Assembly: GCA_963791005.1 (NCBI GenBank)
Contig: CAWBQR010000015.1
Span: 6,553 to 70,552 of the forward strand
DNA length: 64,000 nucleotides
Direction: 5' to 3'
Source: an uncultured delta proteobacterium
GTDB taxonomy: Bacteria; Desulfobacterota; Desulfuromonadia; Desulfuromonadales; CAWBQR01
In this document: positions 1-7,947 of the stretch, piece by piece
How positions within the stretch are numbered: the stretch's first letter is position 1
Layout: every line of letters begins with the position of its first letter
Program-made: the position numbers and the translations under genes
Notes under the pieces: generated by a model
What the model saw: the letters and a program-made list of their open reading frames with translations, nothing else
Told to the model about the DNA's origin: nothing
The model's database searches: none

Positions 1-708
1 CGGTACCTCAACAGCCTGCACGACCTGCTTAAGGACAAGACCATCCTCCAGGTAGTGAGGGACTCCCGCAAGGGACGGGTCCTTTCGCAGGGATTCCTGG
101 AAGCCTGGGCCGGCTTCGGCCATCAGGCGCCGCAGACTCTGATTCTTAAACCCGGCGAGGAGCTGACCCCGAAAACATTGCAGGGGGCCGGTGACCGGAA
201 GCATCCCGACGTCCTTCTGCTCTGGGACGACACCGGGGCGCTGCCGGCACTGGAGAGCCTGGCGGAAGAAAAGGACCGCCCGGCGATGGTATTCATCTCC
301 TGGAGCTGTGTGGGCAAAAGCCTCCTTACCTTGAAGGAACCGGCGCGCGACTTCACCTACATCACCTATCCCTACCGGGTGCCGCAGGACGATGCCCGCT
401 ATTACGAGGCGTACATCCGGCCCCTGCTCAAGGGCAAAACCCTGCAAGGTGAGACCAGAAGAATTTTTGAACAGGCCTATTCCACCAGCGAGATCCTGAC
501 TCGGGCCTTGATCGACATGCGGGGAGAATATTATCGAGACTTCTTTTTCGACACCATCGGCATGATGACCGACCAGGATTATCCGCTCTTTGAACGCCTC
601 AGCTTCGGCCCGGGCCAGCGCTACGCCTCAAAAGGCTGCTATATCGCCCAGCTCGGCAAGGGCAAGGACCTGCAACTGGTCAAGAAAAGCGACTGGGTCA
701 TCCATTGA
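1..708 (+). CDS. periplasmic solute-binding protein (Liv/type-1 PBP-like), C-terminal part; 5-prime end lies outside the window
   Basis: Frame 1 is open from base 1 to the stop at 706-708; track ORF 55..708 is its internal part. Family assignment is by eye only, from the C-terminal lobe-like sequence (...YPYRVPQDDARYYEAY...GPGQRYASKGCYIAQLGKG). Confidence 0.4.
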   Translation, partial: RYLNSLHDLLKDKTILQVVRDSRKGRVLSQGFLEAWAGFGHQAPQTLILKPGEELTPKTLQGAGDRKHPDVLLLWDDTGALPALESLAEEKDRPAMVFISWSCVGKSLLTLKEPARDFTYITYPYRVPQDDARYYEAYIRPLLKGKTLQGETRRIFEQAYSTSEILTRALIDMRGEYYRDFFFDTIGMMTDQDYPLFERLSFGPGQRYASKGCYIAQLGKGKDLQLVKKSDWVIH

Positions 709-787
709 CCCGAGGCCGGAAGGGCGACCTTCCCGCACCGATGGTCAGGCCGGCTGTTTGCCCGCCTTCTTCCGGAGGAACTCCGAT

Positions 788-1168
788 ATGAAACTGCTTA
801 AAGCCGTCGTTTTTTCCGTTTCGATCCTGCTGCTGTGCCGGCCGGCCCACGCGGAGCCGAAAAAGGTCTTTGTCGTCACCAGCTACGCCTATGATTTCAA
901 AAGCCATCCGAATGCCCCTCAAATCGCCCAGTCCCTTTGCGGAACGCGCTGCAATGCCCTCTCCGTCGACCAGGAAAGCTACATGTCCCCGGGAGGCTGG
1001 AGGATGGTCAAGGTCAAAAGTGGCCAGAAAAAAGTCATCGACATCTCCAATCCCTTTATCAGCGGCAAATGTATATGCGTGGGCGACGACTATCTGGTCG
1101 ACAAGGAATACCCCGAGGGCGGGTTTCAACCCCTGGGTGAAATCCGGGACAACGCGAAAAAGCCTTGA
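788..1168 (+). CDS. small secreted Cys-containing protein of unknown function
   Basis: ATG at 788 inside track ORF 590..1168. N-terminus MKLLKAVVFSVSILLLCRPAHA is a typical signal peptide. No recognisable domain. Confidence 0.45.
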   Translation: MKLLKAVVFSVSILLLCRPAHAEPKKVFVVTSYAYDFKSHPNAPQIAQSLCGTRCNALSVDQESYMSPGGWRMVKVKSGQKKVIDISNPFISGKCICVGDDYLVDKEYPEGGFQPLGEIRDNAKKP

Positions 1169-1360
1169 CCCGGCGCCCCGGGCCTGAATTTTCTCCTTTC
1201 ACCTAACGGCCCCGGGAACCCCTCGGGGCAAGTTTTTTCTTGTTTTTTCCTCGGATATCATGGTAATTACACCAGACGAAATCGGTGCCGTTGAGTGCTC
1301 CCCCGATGGCGGACCAAGCTTTTCGAAACGGAACTTCCGCAGCTTTCCAGGGAGGTTCTC

Positions 1361-1840
1361 GTGAATCTGCCCGAAGAACAAGACCGGGACTTCATGCGGG
1401 AGGCCCTGACGGAAGCCGCAGCGGCTCAAAGGCTTGGCGAGGTACCCATCGGGGCCGTCGTCGTCCAGGACGGCCGCATCGTCGGACGCGGGCACAACCT
1501 GCGGGAAACCAGCAACGACCCCACCACCCACGCCGAGATGCTCGCCATCCGTCAGGCCGCCGGGGTGCTTGACTCCTGGCGTCTTCTCGACTGCACCCTG
1601 TACGTGACGCTGGAACCGTGCGTCATGTGCATGGGGGCGATCATCCTGGCCCGGATTCCCCGACTCGTCTTCGGGTGCCGGGACCCCCGTGCCGGAGCTG
1701 TCGGGTCGATTTACGATTTTCCCGCCGACAATCGGTTCAACCACCGGGTGGCGGTGACCGAAGGGGTGCTCGGCGAGGAGTGCAGCGAAATTCTGAGTAG
1801 TTTTTTTCCGCCAGAAGACTTGCGCTTTCAGAAAAAATAG
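1361..1840 (+). CDS. tadA: tRNA adenosine(34) deaminase
   Basis: Track ORF 1295..1840. CDA zinc motifs THAEMLAI and LEPCVMCMGAI are present. The likely true start is GTG 1361 (VNLPEEQDRDFMREAL); ATG 1295 is an alternative. Confidence 0.9.
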   Translation: MNLPEEQDRDFMREALTEAAAAQRLGEVPIGAVVVQDGRIVGRGHNLRETSNDPTTHAEMLAIRQAAGVLDSWRLLDCTLYVTLEPCVMCMGAIILARIPRLVFGCRDPRAGAVGSIYDFPADNRFNHRVAVTEGVLGEECSEILSSFFPPEDLRFQKK

Positions 1841-1858
1841 AAGACTAGACACACGTTC

Positions 1859-1946
1859 GGAGGGGTGTCCGAGAGGTCGAAGGTGACAGACTCGAAATCT
1901 GTTGTACCGCAAGGTACCGTGGGTTCGAATCCCACCCCCTCCGCCA
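1859..1946 (+). tRNA. tRNA-Ser (anticodon CGA), class II with long variable arm, CCA encoded
   Basis: Acceptor GGAGGGG/CCCCTCC. Anticodon stem ACAGA/TCTGT with loop CT-CGA-AA. Long variable arm, T-arm GGGTTCGAATCCC, and a 3-prime GCCA. Confidence 0.9.
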
Positions 1947-1955
1947 TAACAAAAC

Positions 1956-1991
1956 AAGGGCTTAGCCGATTTCGGCTAGGCCCTTTGTTTT
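1956..1991 (+). terminator. rho-independent terminator after tRNA-Ser
   Basis: Hairpin GGGCTTAGCCG-ATTT-CGGCTAGGCCC followed by TTTGTTTT. Confidence 0.7.
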
Positions 1992-2027
1992 ATCGGGTGC
2001 GCCACGGGCTACCTCTTTTGCTACCTT

Positions 2028-2095
2028 TGATGGCGTCGCAAAAAGTCCGCCCTTGACGTTACGGCGTTTTTTCAGGGCCTCGACCTACCTGGTTT
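2028..2095 (-). repeat. MITE-like repeat family, copy A (truncated half copy)
   Basis: TGATGGCGTCGCAAAAAGTCCGCCC...TTTTTCAGGGCCTCGACCTACCTGGTTT matches the reverse complement of the right half of copy E (60107-60259). Confidence 0.7.
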
Positions 2096-2235
2096 GACAT
2101 TTAAACATTCTCGTTTATGGCGACGTGAAGGAATGTTTTGCAGAAAATGGTTTTGAGAAAGTTTAAATGTTGAACTTCCATCGATTCCGTTTGAGGTTAA
2201 TTTAACAACTTTACTCCCCTCCTCTGTCTCAGGCC

Positions 2236-2436
2236 GTGCGGAAGAGGCTCGGCAGCCGCCACGGCAAGGGTAAGGCCCTGGCGATCCTGGCTCACCGGCT
2301 TGGCCGGGCGGTCTATTACATGCTCAAGAATCAGGTGCCCTTCGACCAGGCGCGCTTCCTGCGCCAGAGCACTGAAGTGGAGGGGGCGGATCAGCCTGAG
2401 CGTCTAACTGGACAGGCAACCACCTCGGCGAGATAA
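2236..2436 (+). pseudogene. IS110-family transposase, C-terminal fragment only
   Basis: 66-aa ORF ...GKGKALAILAHRLGRAVYYMLKNQVPFDQARF... resembles the conserved C-terminal tail of IS110-type transposases. No N-terminal catalytic part lies upstream. Confidence 0.55.
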
Positions 2437-2687
2437 GCTCAGCGGCCGAAAAAAAGCGCAGACTTCTGGGCGAAAAACCCGAAGATGGGTGCATCATCCG
2501 CCAGCAACCGCCAGCCACTCTTTTTGATTGGAGGTCCGCCCCGCTCCCGTAACAGCTTGCGCGATGGTCCAAGAGACCCGCGCCGGGTTCTGCGCCTTCC
2601 CCGAACCCGCACCTAACTGCAGGGCGAGGAGATTCTCTCGCCACCCCGAATTTTTGACTGGGCCGGCATAAGGGCACGCGCGTGATT

Positions 2688-2712
2688 CCAGGCGGTAGGG
2701 AGGACTCGAACC
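2688..2712 (-). other. tRNA 3-prime-end-like remnant (possible att scar)
   Basis: The minus strand reads GGTTCGAGTCCTCCCTACCGCCTGG, i.e. T-loop, T-stem 3-prime half and acceptor 3-prime strand. There is no matching 5-prime half, so it is not a functional tRNA. Confidence 0.3.
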
Positions 2713-2806
2713 AAGAGCCCCTGCACGAAAGAGCCTCGATAAGTGTTTGCGCAGAATTCGTCTGCAGCCAGTGGAAATCCCAAGTCGGAAACCCGAGGCG
2801 GCAGAT

Positions 2807-2890
2807 TCAATTTGCAAGTGCACCACCCAGGGCCTCCCGCATGACCTCATAGGGTGTCCGGTAGCCCAGGGAGATATCTGGCACACCACC
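2807..2890 (-). pseudogene. DDE/rve-type transposase C-terminal tail fragment
   Basis: The minus frame reads ...VPDISLGYRTPYEVMREALGGALAN-stop. LGYxTPxEV is a typical end of IS3/IS481-type integrase-fold transposases. The fragment abuts repeat copy B. Confidence 0.3.
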
Positions 2891-2896
2891 CATTGC

Positions 2897-3048
2897 TGAT
2901 GGCGTCGCCAAAAGTCCGCCCTACGGCGTTACGGCGCTTTTTCAGGACCTCGACCACCCTGATGGTGGCCTTCGCCCCTGAAAAACCACCAGGCCTTGTA
3001 GGACGAAATTTTTGCTTAGCCATCCCAGGAGTTTTTGCGAAAGCATCA
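2897..3048 (-). repeat. MITE-like repeat family, copy B (full length, inverted relative to copy E)
   Basis: TGATGGCGTCGCCAAAAGTCCGCCCTACGGCG...CCTGAAAAACCACCAGGCCTTGTAGGACGAAATTTTTGCTTAGCCATCCCAGGAGTTTTTGCGAAAGCATCA aligns end to end with the reverse complement of copy E. Confidence 0.8.
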
Positions 3049-3124
3049 TCGCTGTCACAAGCGGGATTTTCTTCTAAAATTCGCCTTTGATCGAAGGGCC
3101 TGGCTGAGGTAGCTTTTCGAAACC

Positions 3125-3222
3125 AAAAAGCGATATTGCCTCTGTGTCCTGAATTACATTGCCACCTCAAAGCACATCCACCTGCTGGTGAAGGATACAG
3201 GGCGCAACGAGATTTCTTTTGC
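3125..3222 (+). pseudogene. REP-associated tyrosine transposase (RAYT / IS200-like Y1) fragment
   Basis: The frame reads KKRYCLCVLNYIATSKHIHLLVKDTGRNEIS. This resembles the HUH-region block (xNHxHLLV) of Y1 transposases. There is no start and no downstream Tyr region. Confidence 0.4.
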
Positions 3223-3315
3223 CGGCCGGCGTGTGCATGATATAAATGAAATCAAACGTTTTAGCCGGTTGACGGTGCAATCCCTTTTTATTGGAGACCA
3301 TGGAAGGTGAACGAA

Positions 3316-3685
3316 ATGTCGGGAAAAACCGCTCTCGAAATGGACCCCGCCGAGTGGCGACAGTATCGGCCCTTTCGCGTCGGGAAGAAGACCTCCCCTT
3401 TCCGCCCGAGCGAATGAGGCCCGGCGGGAGGCGTCCGCTCTGGCGCGTGAGCTCCGAAGCCGGTACGGGGCCCAAAGAGTCGTGCTGTTCGGCTCCTTGG
3501 CCCGCGGCGGGTTTTCCGGCCGTTCGGATATCGATCTTGCGGTCTGGGGCATCCCGCCCGGAGAATTTACAGAGCCGTCGCCTATGCCAGCGGCTTCAGC
3601 AAAATCTGGGCGGTTGACCTTGTGGATGGGGAGGACTGCCCGGAAACGCTGAGCGAAAATCGAACAGGAAGGGGTTGCATTGTGA
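3316..3685 (+). pseudogene. MNT-type nucleotidyltransferase antitoxin (MntA-like), reading frame broken about 3 times
   Basis: ATG 3316 follows GGAAGG. The pieces are spread over frames 1/2/1/2: MSGKTALEMDPAEWRQY.. / ARREASALARELRSRYGAQRVVLFGSLARGGFSGRSDIDLAVWGIPPGEF / YRAVAYASGFSKIWAVDLVDGEDCPETLS / KIEQEGVAL-stop (TGA 3683-3685). The GSxxRG...DxD nucleotidyltransferase motif is present. Confidence 0.6.
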
Positions 3686-4155
3686 CTCGCAAAGGAGCGG
3701 TTCTGGCCGGAAGAATCCTGGCAGAGTTGCAGGAATTATCCGATCTCGTCAGACGGGCAGAGCAGGGGTGGGCCAAAGCAAGGGAGAGTCAGGATGACTT
3801 TTTCCTCGATGGTGTCGCCCTCAATCTGCACGGCTTCTACTCAGGCCTGGAGCGCATATTCGAGAGGATTGCATCCGCGGTAGACGAAACCGTGCCTGGT
3901 GGAGCAAACTGGCACCAGGAACTGCTCAGCCAATTGTCGATCGAGATTCCGGGCGTCCGGCCGGCGGTCATATCGACCGGTTTAAAAGAGGAGCTGGAAG
4001 CCTATCGCGGCTTTCGCCATATCGTTCGCAACGTTTACGCCTACCATCTACGGCCGGAGAAAATGGCGCCGCTGATGGAAAAACTTCCGGAGGTATTTGC
4101 CTCCGCCCAAAGGGAGATCGCGGCCTTCGCCGGGTTCCTGCAGAGCATCCGTTGA
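3682..4155 (+). CDS. HepT-like HEPN ribonuclease toxin
   Basis: GTG 3682 overlaps the MNT stop (GTGA). It lies in track ORF 3622..4155. The motif YRGFRHIVRNVYAY is an Rx4H-type HEPN motif, and the gene follows an MNT gene. Confidence 0.6.
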   Translation: MTRKGAVLAGRILAELQELSDLVRRAEQGWAKARESQDDFFLDGVALNLHGFYSGLERIFERIASAVDETVPGGANWHQELLSQLSIEIPGVRPAVISTGLKEELEAYRGFRHIVRNVYAYHLRPEKMAPLMEKLPEVFASAQREIAAFAGFLQSIR

Positions 4156-4656
4156 TCCCGCTTCAAGCATCGCAGTTTAGGCCCCCGATATTTTCACCCT
4201 TTTTTCCCAATCCCCCGTTTTTTCACCTTGCACTCCCGATTGCCAGGGTTTTAATTCGGACTGAATCCGTGCAAATCTCCGAATTTTTTCTCCTTACCCG
4301 GACCCCTTACTCCTCACGGAGTCAGGTCCGGTGCATGCGGCCGGAGCCGTTGTTTTGCGGGGCAATCCCCTTGGCTCCGAATCGACCTGAAGGGAGTGCG
4401 CCTGCTTCTGAAGGGCCCAGGCGGATGACCAAGAAATCGGCCAGAGCCGGAGTTTCCGGATGAAGTTTCCGAAGGGTTTCCATTCCTTTGACGGTTCAGC
4501 AAAAATGATACTCAGGATGTGGACAAGCCGAGTACAACTGTTGTGGGACTTAGAAAAAAAGTGATTTCCGACCCTCCCCGCCTTCTTGTCCTCGCCCGCA
4601 ATTGCGGTTATGATGTGACCCCGACATCCCCTGATAAGAAAGGTCTTCTGCGACCC

Positions 4657-6214
4657 ATGACGACCCTCGAACCATATACTCCCCTACGCCATCCCCCCCC
4701 TGCTGGGGGCCTTCATCGGCTACGTCACCAACTACATCGCCATCCGCATGCTCTTCCGGCCCCTGAGGCCCTGGCGGATCCTGGGGGTGCGGCTTCCCCT
4801 GACCCCGGGGATCATCCCCTCCAAGCGCTTCGAGCTGGCGGAGAAGATGGGAGACATGGTCGGAAGCCACCTGCTCACCTCCGAGGACGTCGGCCGGGCA
4901 CTGGAGAAGGCCTCCTTCCGCCGCGAACTCAAGGGGGCGGTGGCCGAGAAGCTGGGGCACTTTCTCGACCGGGAACTGGGGCCGGTGGAGTCCCTGGATC
5001 CCGAAAACTACCGGGGACGGTTCGCCGAGCTGGCCAACCTGCTGCGCTGGAAGGCTGTAAAGGTGGTCTTCGACTACCTGGAGAGCCCGGTATTCGAGAG
5101 AGAGTTCCGCGCCTACCTGCGCCGCAGGGGGGACGAGCTGCTCACCCGCGACCTGGAGAGCTACCTCACCCCCGAGCGGTACGAGGCCCTGCGCGTCCAT
5201 CTGGACGGGCGCATATCGGCGCTTTCTGCACTCGGAAAACGTGGCTCGGGCCGTCTCGGGTTTCGTCGATGCCAAGGCCGAACAGTGGCTCGGCTCCGAC
5301 CGCACCCTGCGGGAAATCCTCCCGGCCGATCTGGTCGAGGTGATCCTGACCCGACTGGAAAAAGAGATTCCGCCCCTGCTGGAAAAATTCGGCGGCATGC
5401 TCTACGACCCGGAATTCCGCGAGCGTCTGGTGAAAAAGGCAGGGAAGGGATCGAGGGATTCCTCGATTCCCTCGGAGGGCTGGCCGGCCTTCTGTCGGGC
5501 TTCATCAATCTGGAGAAGATTTACGCCCGCATCCCCGAGTTCCTCGACAAGGCCGGGGACGAGATAGCCCGATGGCTGCGGGAGGAGAAAACCCAGAAGC
5601 AGGTCGCCCTGATGCTCCGGGAGCGGGTCGACGGCCTCCTCGACCGCTCGCTGGGCACATTTTTCGAGAAGGTCCCCTACGAGAAGGTCGCCGGGGTCCG
5701 GCGGTTTCTTCGCACCAAGGCCACCGACCTGGTGCGCAGCCGCCGGGCGGCCGAATCGGCGATGGCGCTCGTGGAGCACGGGGTGGAGCGCCTCAAGGAT
5801 CGCTCCTTCGCCTCACTTCTGAACCAGGCTCTCCCCAAGGACGGTCTGGAGAGGGGGCGCGAACGGCTCGCCGACCGGCTTCTCGGGGCCCTGCGGGCTC
5901 CAGGCAACCGGGAGGCGCTGGAGCAGGTGCTGGCGGAAAAAATGGACCAGTGGCTTTTCCGCCAACCCCTCGGAAAGCTTTCGGCGCGCATCCCTGCCGA
6001 CGTGCGGGAGGAACTCGAGGAGGGGGTTTACCAGCAGCTCGCCGAGGTCCTCAAGCGGGAGGTTCCGCCCCTGGTGGAGACCCTCAACGTGAGCCGCATG
6101 GTGGAGGAAAAGGTCAATTCCCTCGACATTCTCAAGGTGGAAGGGCTGCTGATGGGGATCATGCAGGAGCAGTTCAAGTACATCAACCTCTTCGGCGCCC
6201 TTCTCGGCTTCTGA
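4657..6214 (+). pseudogene. DUF445 family membrane protein, 3 apparent frameshifts
   Basis: ATG 4657 (MTTLEPY, frame 1), then frame 2 from ~4680 (LPYAIPPLLGAFIGYVTNYIAIRMLFRP...GIIPSKR, the DUF445 signature). Frame 3 covers ~5225-5450 (track ORF 5241..5567: VSGFVDAKAEQWLG...LEKFGGMLYDPEFRERL). It then returns to frame 2 up to the stop at 6214. Confidence 0.7.
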
Positions 6215-6296
6215 TCGGGATAATCAACCTCTTCCTTTAGGATCCGGGCATTGAGGCCGATTGCACCGAACGCGGTTTTTGCGAATAATAGAAGAA

Positions 6297-7340
6297 ATGG
6301 AGAAAAAAGGGCTTCATTCGGCTTTACTCGCCGCCCTCCTGTTCGGCCTCTCTCCCGTCGCCTGCAAGGCCCTGGTGGGGCCGATGTCGCCGCCGCTGCT
6401 GGCCGGACTTCTCTACCTGGGGTCGGGGCTGGGCCTGACCGGCCTGGTCTTCCGGCAGCGGCTCGATGTCGGCGCCATCCTGGCGGCCCTTTCCGGGCGG
6501 CAGTGGGGTCTCCTGGCCGGCGCGATCCTCTCCGGCGGGGTGGCCGCCCCCCTCTTCCTGGCTTACGGCATCCTCCACGGCACTGCCAGCGAGGTCTCGC
6601 TGCTGCTCAATTTCGAGGCCGTCGCCACCACCCTGCTGGCGTGGCTGCTGTTTCACGAACACATCGGTTCCAGGGTCTGGGTCGGCAAGGCGTTTATCGT
6701 CGGCGCCTCGCTCCTCGTCGTTCTCGCCGGCGGCGGCGAACTCCGGTTGTCGGTCCCGGGACTCTGCGTGCTCGCGGCCTGCCTCCTCTGGGGCATCGAC
6801 AACAACCTCACCCGGGAGCTGGCGCTGCTTCCGCCCTCGTTTCTGGCCTGTCTGAAGGGGTGGAGCGCCGGGCTGTTCAACGTCCTGTTCGCCCTGGCCC
6901 TGTTCCAGAGCCGGGCCACGCCATTCCAGGTCGGGTCGGCGCTCGCCATCGGCGCGCTCAGCTACGGGGCGAGCCTGGTCCTGTTTATCCTGGCGCTACG
7001 GGAAATCGGCGCGGCACGAACCAGCACCTGGTTCGCCTCGGGACCGTTCATCGGCACCCTGCTGGCCGTCAGCGTGCTCGGCGAGCGGCCCCCCGGGTCG
7101 TTCTGGCTGGCGGCGGGCGGCATGCTGCTGGGGATGTTTTTCCTCTACGGGGAACGGCATCGCCACTACCATCGGCATGAACGGCTCGCCCATGCCCACT
7201 CCCATTGCCACGACGAGCACCACCGTCACGGTCACGAGGAAACTTCCGACGACGGCGAACACGAGCATTTCCATGTCCATGAAGAAATAGAGCATGCCCA
7301 CGTCCACTGGCCCGATATCCATCATCGACACCGGCATTGA
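6297..7340 (+). CDS. EamA/DMT-family transporter with a ~60-aa His-rich C-terminal tail
   Basis: Track ORF 6261..7340 with ATG at 6297. About 10 hydrophobic segments. Tail: HRHYHRHERLAHAHSHCHDEHHRHGHEETSDDGEHEHFHVHEEIEHAHVHWPDIHHRHRH. Confidence 0.7.
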   Translation: MEKKGLHSALLAALLFGLSPVACKALVGPMSPPLLAGLLYLGSGLGLTGLVFRQRLDVGAILAALSGRQWGLLAGAILSGGVAAPLFLAYGILHGTASEVSLLLNFEAVATTLLAWLLFHEHIGSRVWVGKAFIVGASLLVVLAGGGELRLSVPGLCVLAACLLWGIDNNLTRELALLPPSFLACLKGWSAGLFNVLFALALFQSRATPFQVGSALAIGALSYGASLVLFILALREIGAARTSTWFASGPFIGTLLAVSVLGERPPGSFWLAAGGMLLGMFFLYGERHRHYHRHERLAHAHSHCHDEHHRHGHEETSDDGEHEHFHVHEEIEHAHVHWPDIHHRHRH

Positions 7341-7422
7341 GGGATTGCCAGATAGGCCCGGACACTTCCACCCCGGGGAAGTCGCCGCTTCCGGGGAAAA
7401 CCGTTATGAAAGGAGTGGAATT

Positions 7423-7683
7423 ATGGATATCGAACTGGCTGAGGCGATCGTTGAGGCCTGCACGCAGAAGGGCATCAAGGCCGAGTTGAAGGAAGATTAT
7501 TCGGCTTCCTGGATGCGTGGGCGAAAGACCACCGGCGTCGTGATCACGGGCGGCGATCTGGCGCAGGTTGTCACGGCAGTCATTGCCAGCCCGCACCTGT
7601 TTATCGAGGGCACATCGCCGAAGTTCGAGGTCAAAAACAACCTTCGCGTCAGCCCCTTTCGGCTCAGTCTGATCCTTTACTAG
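7423..7683 (+). CDS. hypothetical small protein (86 aa)
   Basis: ATG 7423 is preceded by AAAGGAG and lies in track ORF 7294..7683. No recognisable domain. Confidence 0.4.
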   Translation: MDIELAEAIVEACTQKGIKAELKEDYSASWMRGRKTTGVVITGGDLAQVVTAVIASPHLFIEGTSPKFEVKNNLRVSPFRLSLILY

Positions 7684-7947
7684 GACTCCTGAAGCCGATC
7701 CCGTAAAACGACCCCGTCGAACCCTTCCCTACACCCGCACCTGATCCCCCCCGTCTCACCTTCCCATTTTCCAGCCCCCTGAATACCTCGACGACCGCTC
7801 TGCCGAAGATCCTGCCGGGAACAGGGATAGGGGACTCCCTTAACTGCGAAGGCGGCCTTCGCCCCCTGGAGGGTCTCCAAGTCTCCCTTGAACTTTGGAA
7901 AAGCCGCAGTATGTTTGAGACAATTAACCTTTTTCCGAGAGGCCGAT

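Noticed and set aside
2690-2830. Possible complete tRNA or tmRNA on the minus strand
   Set aside because: Only the T-loop and acceptor 3-prime strand are recognisable. The 5-prime T-stem partner (CTTGG against CCTCC) does not pair, and I could not build an acceptor 5-prime strand or an anticodon arm. It is reported only as a remnant.
4519-5398. ORFs 4519..5343 (plus) and 4550..5398 (minus) as separate genes
   Set aside because: Both are alternative-frame shadows of the DUF445 gene. Only the first ~8 codons from ATG 4657 in the 4519 frame are used, as the displaced N-terminus.
7861-7947. FNR-type box upstream of qNOR (TTGAGACAATTAAC at ~7914)
   Set aside because: Only the left half-site matches, and the right half has two mismatches. 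It is too weak to group with the three good dyads.
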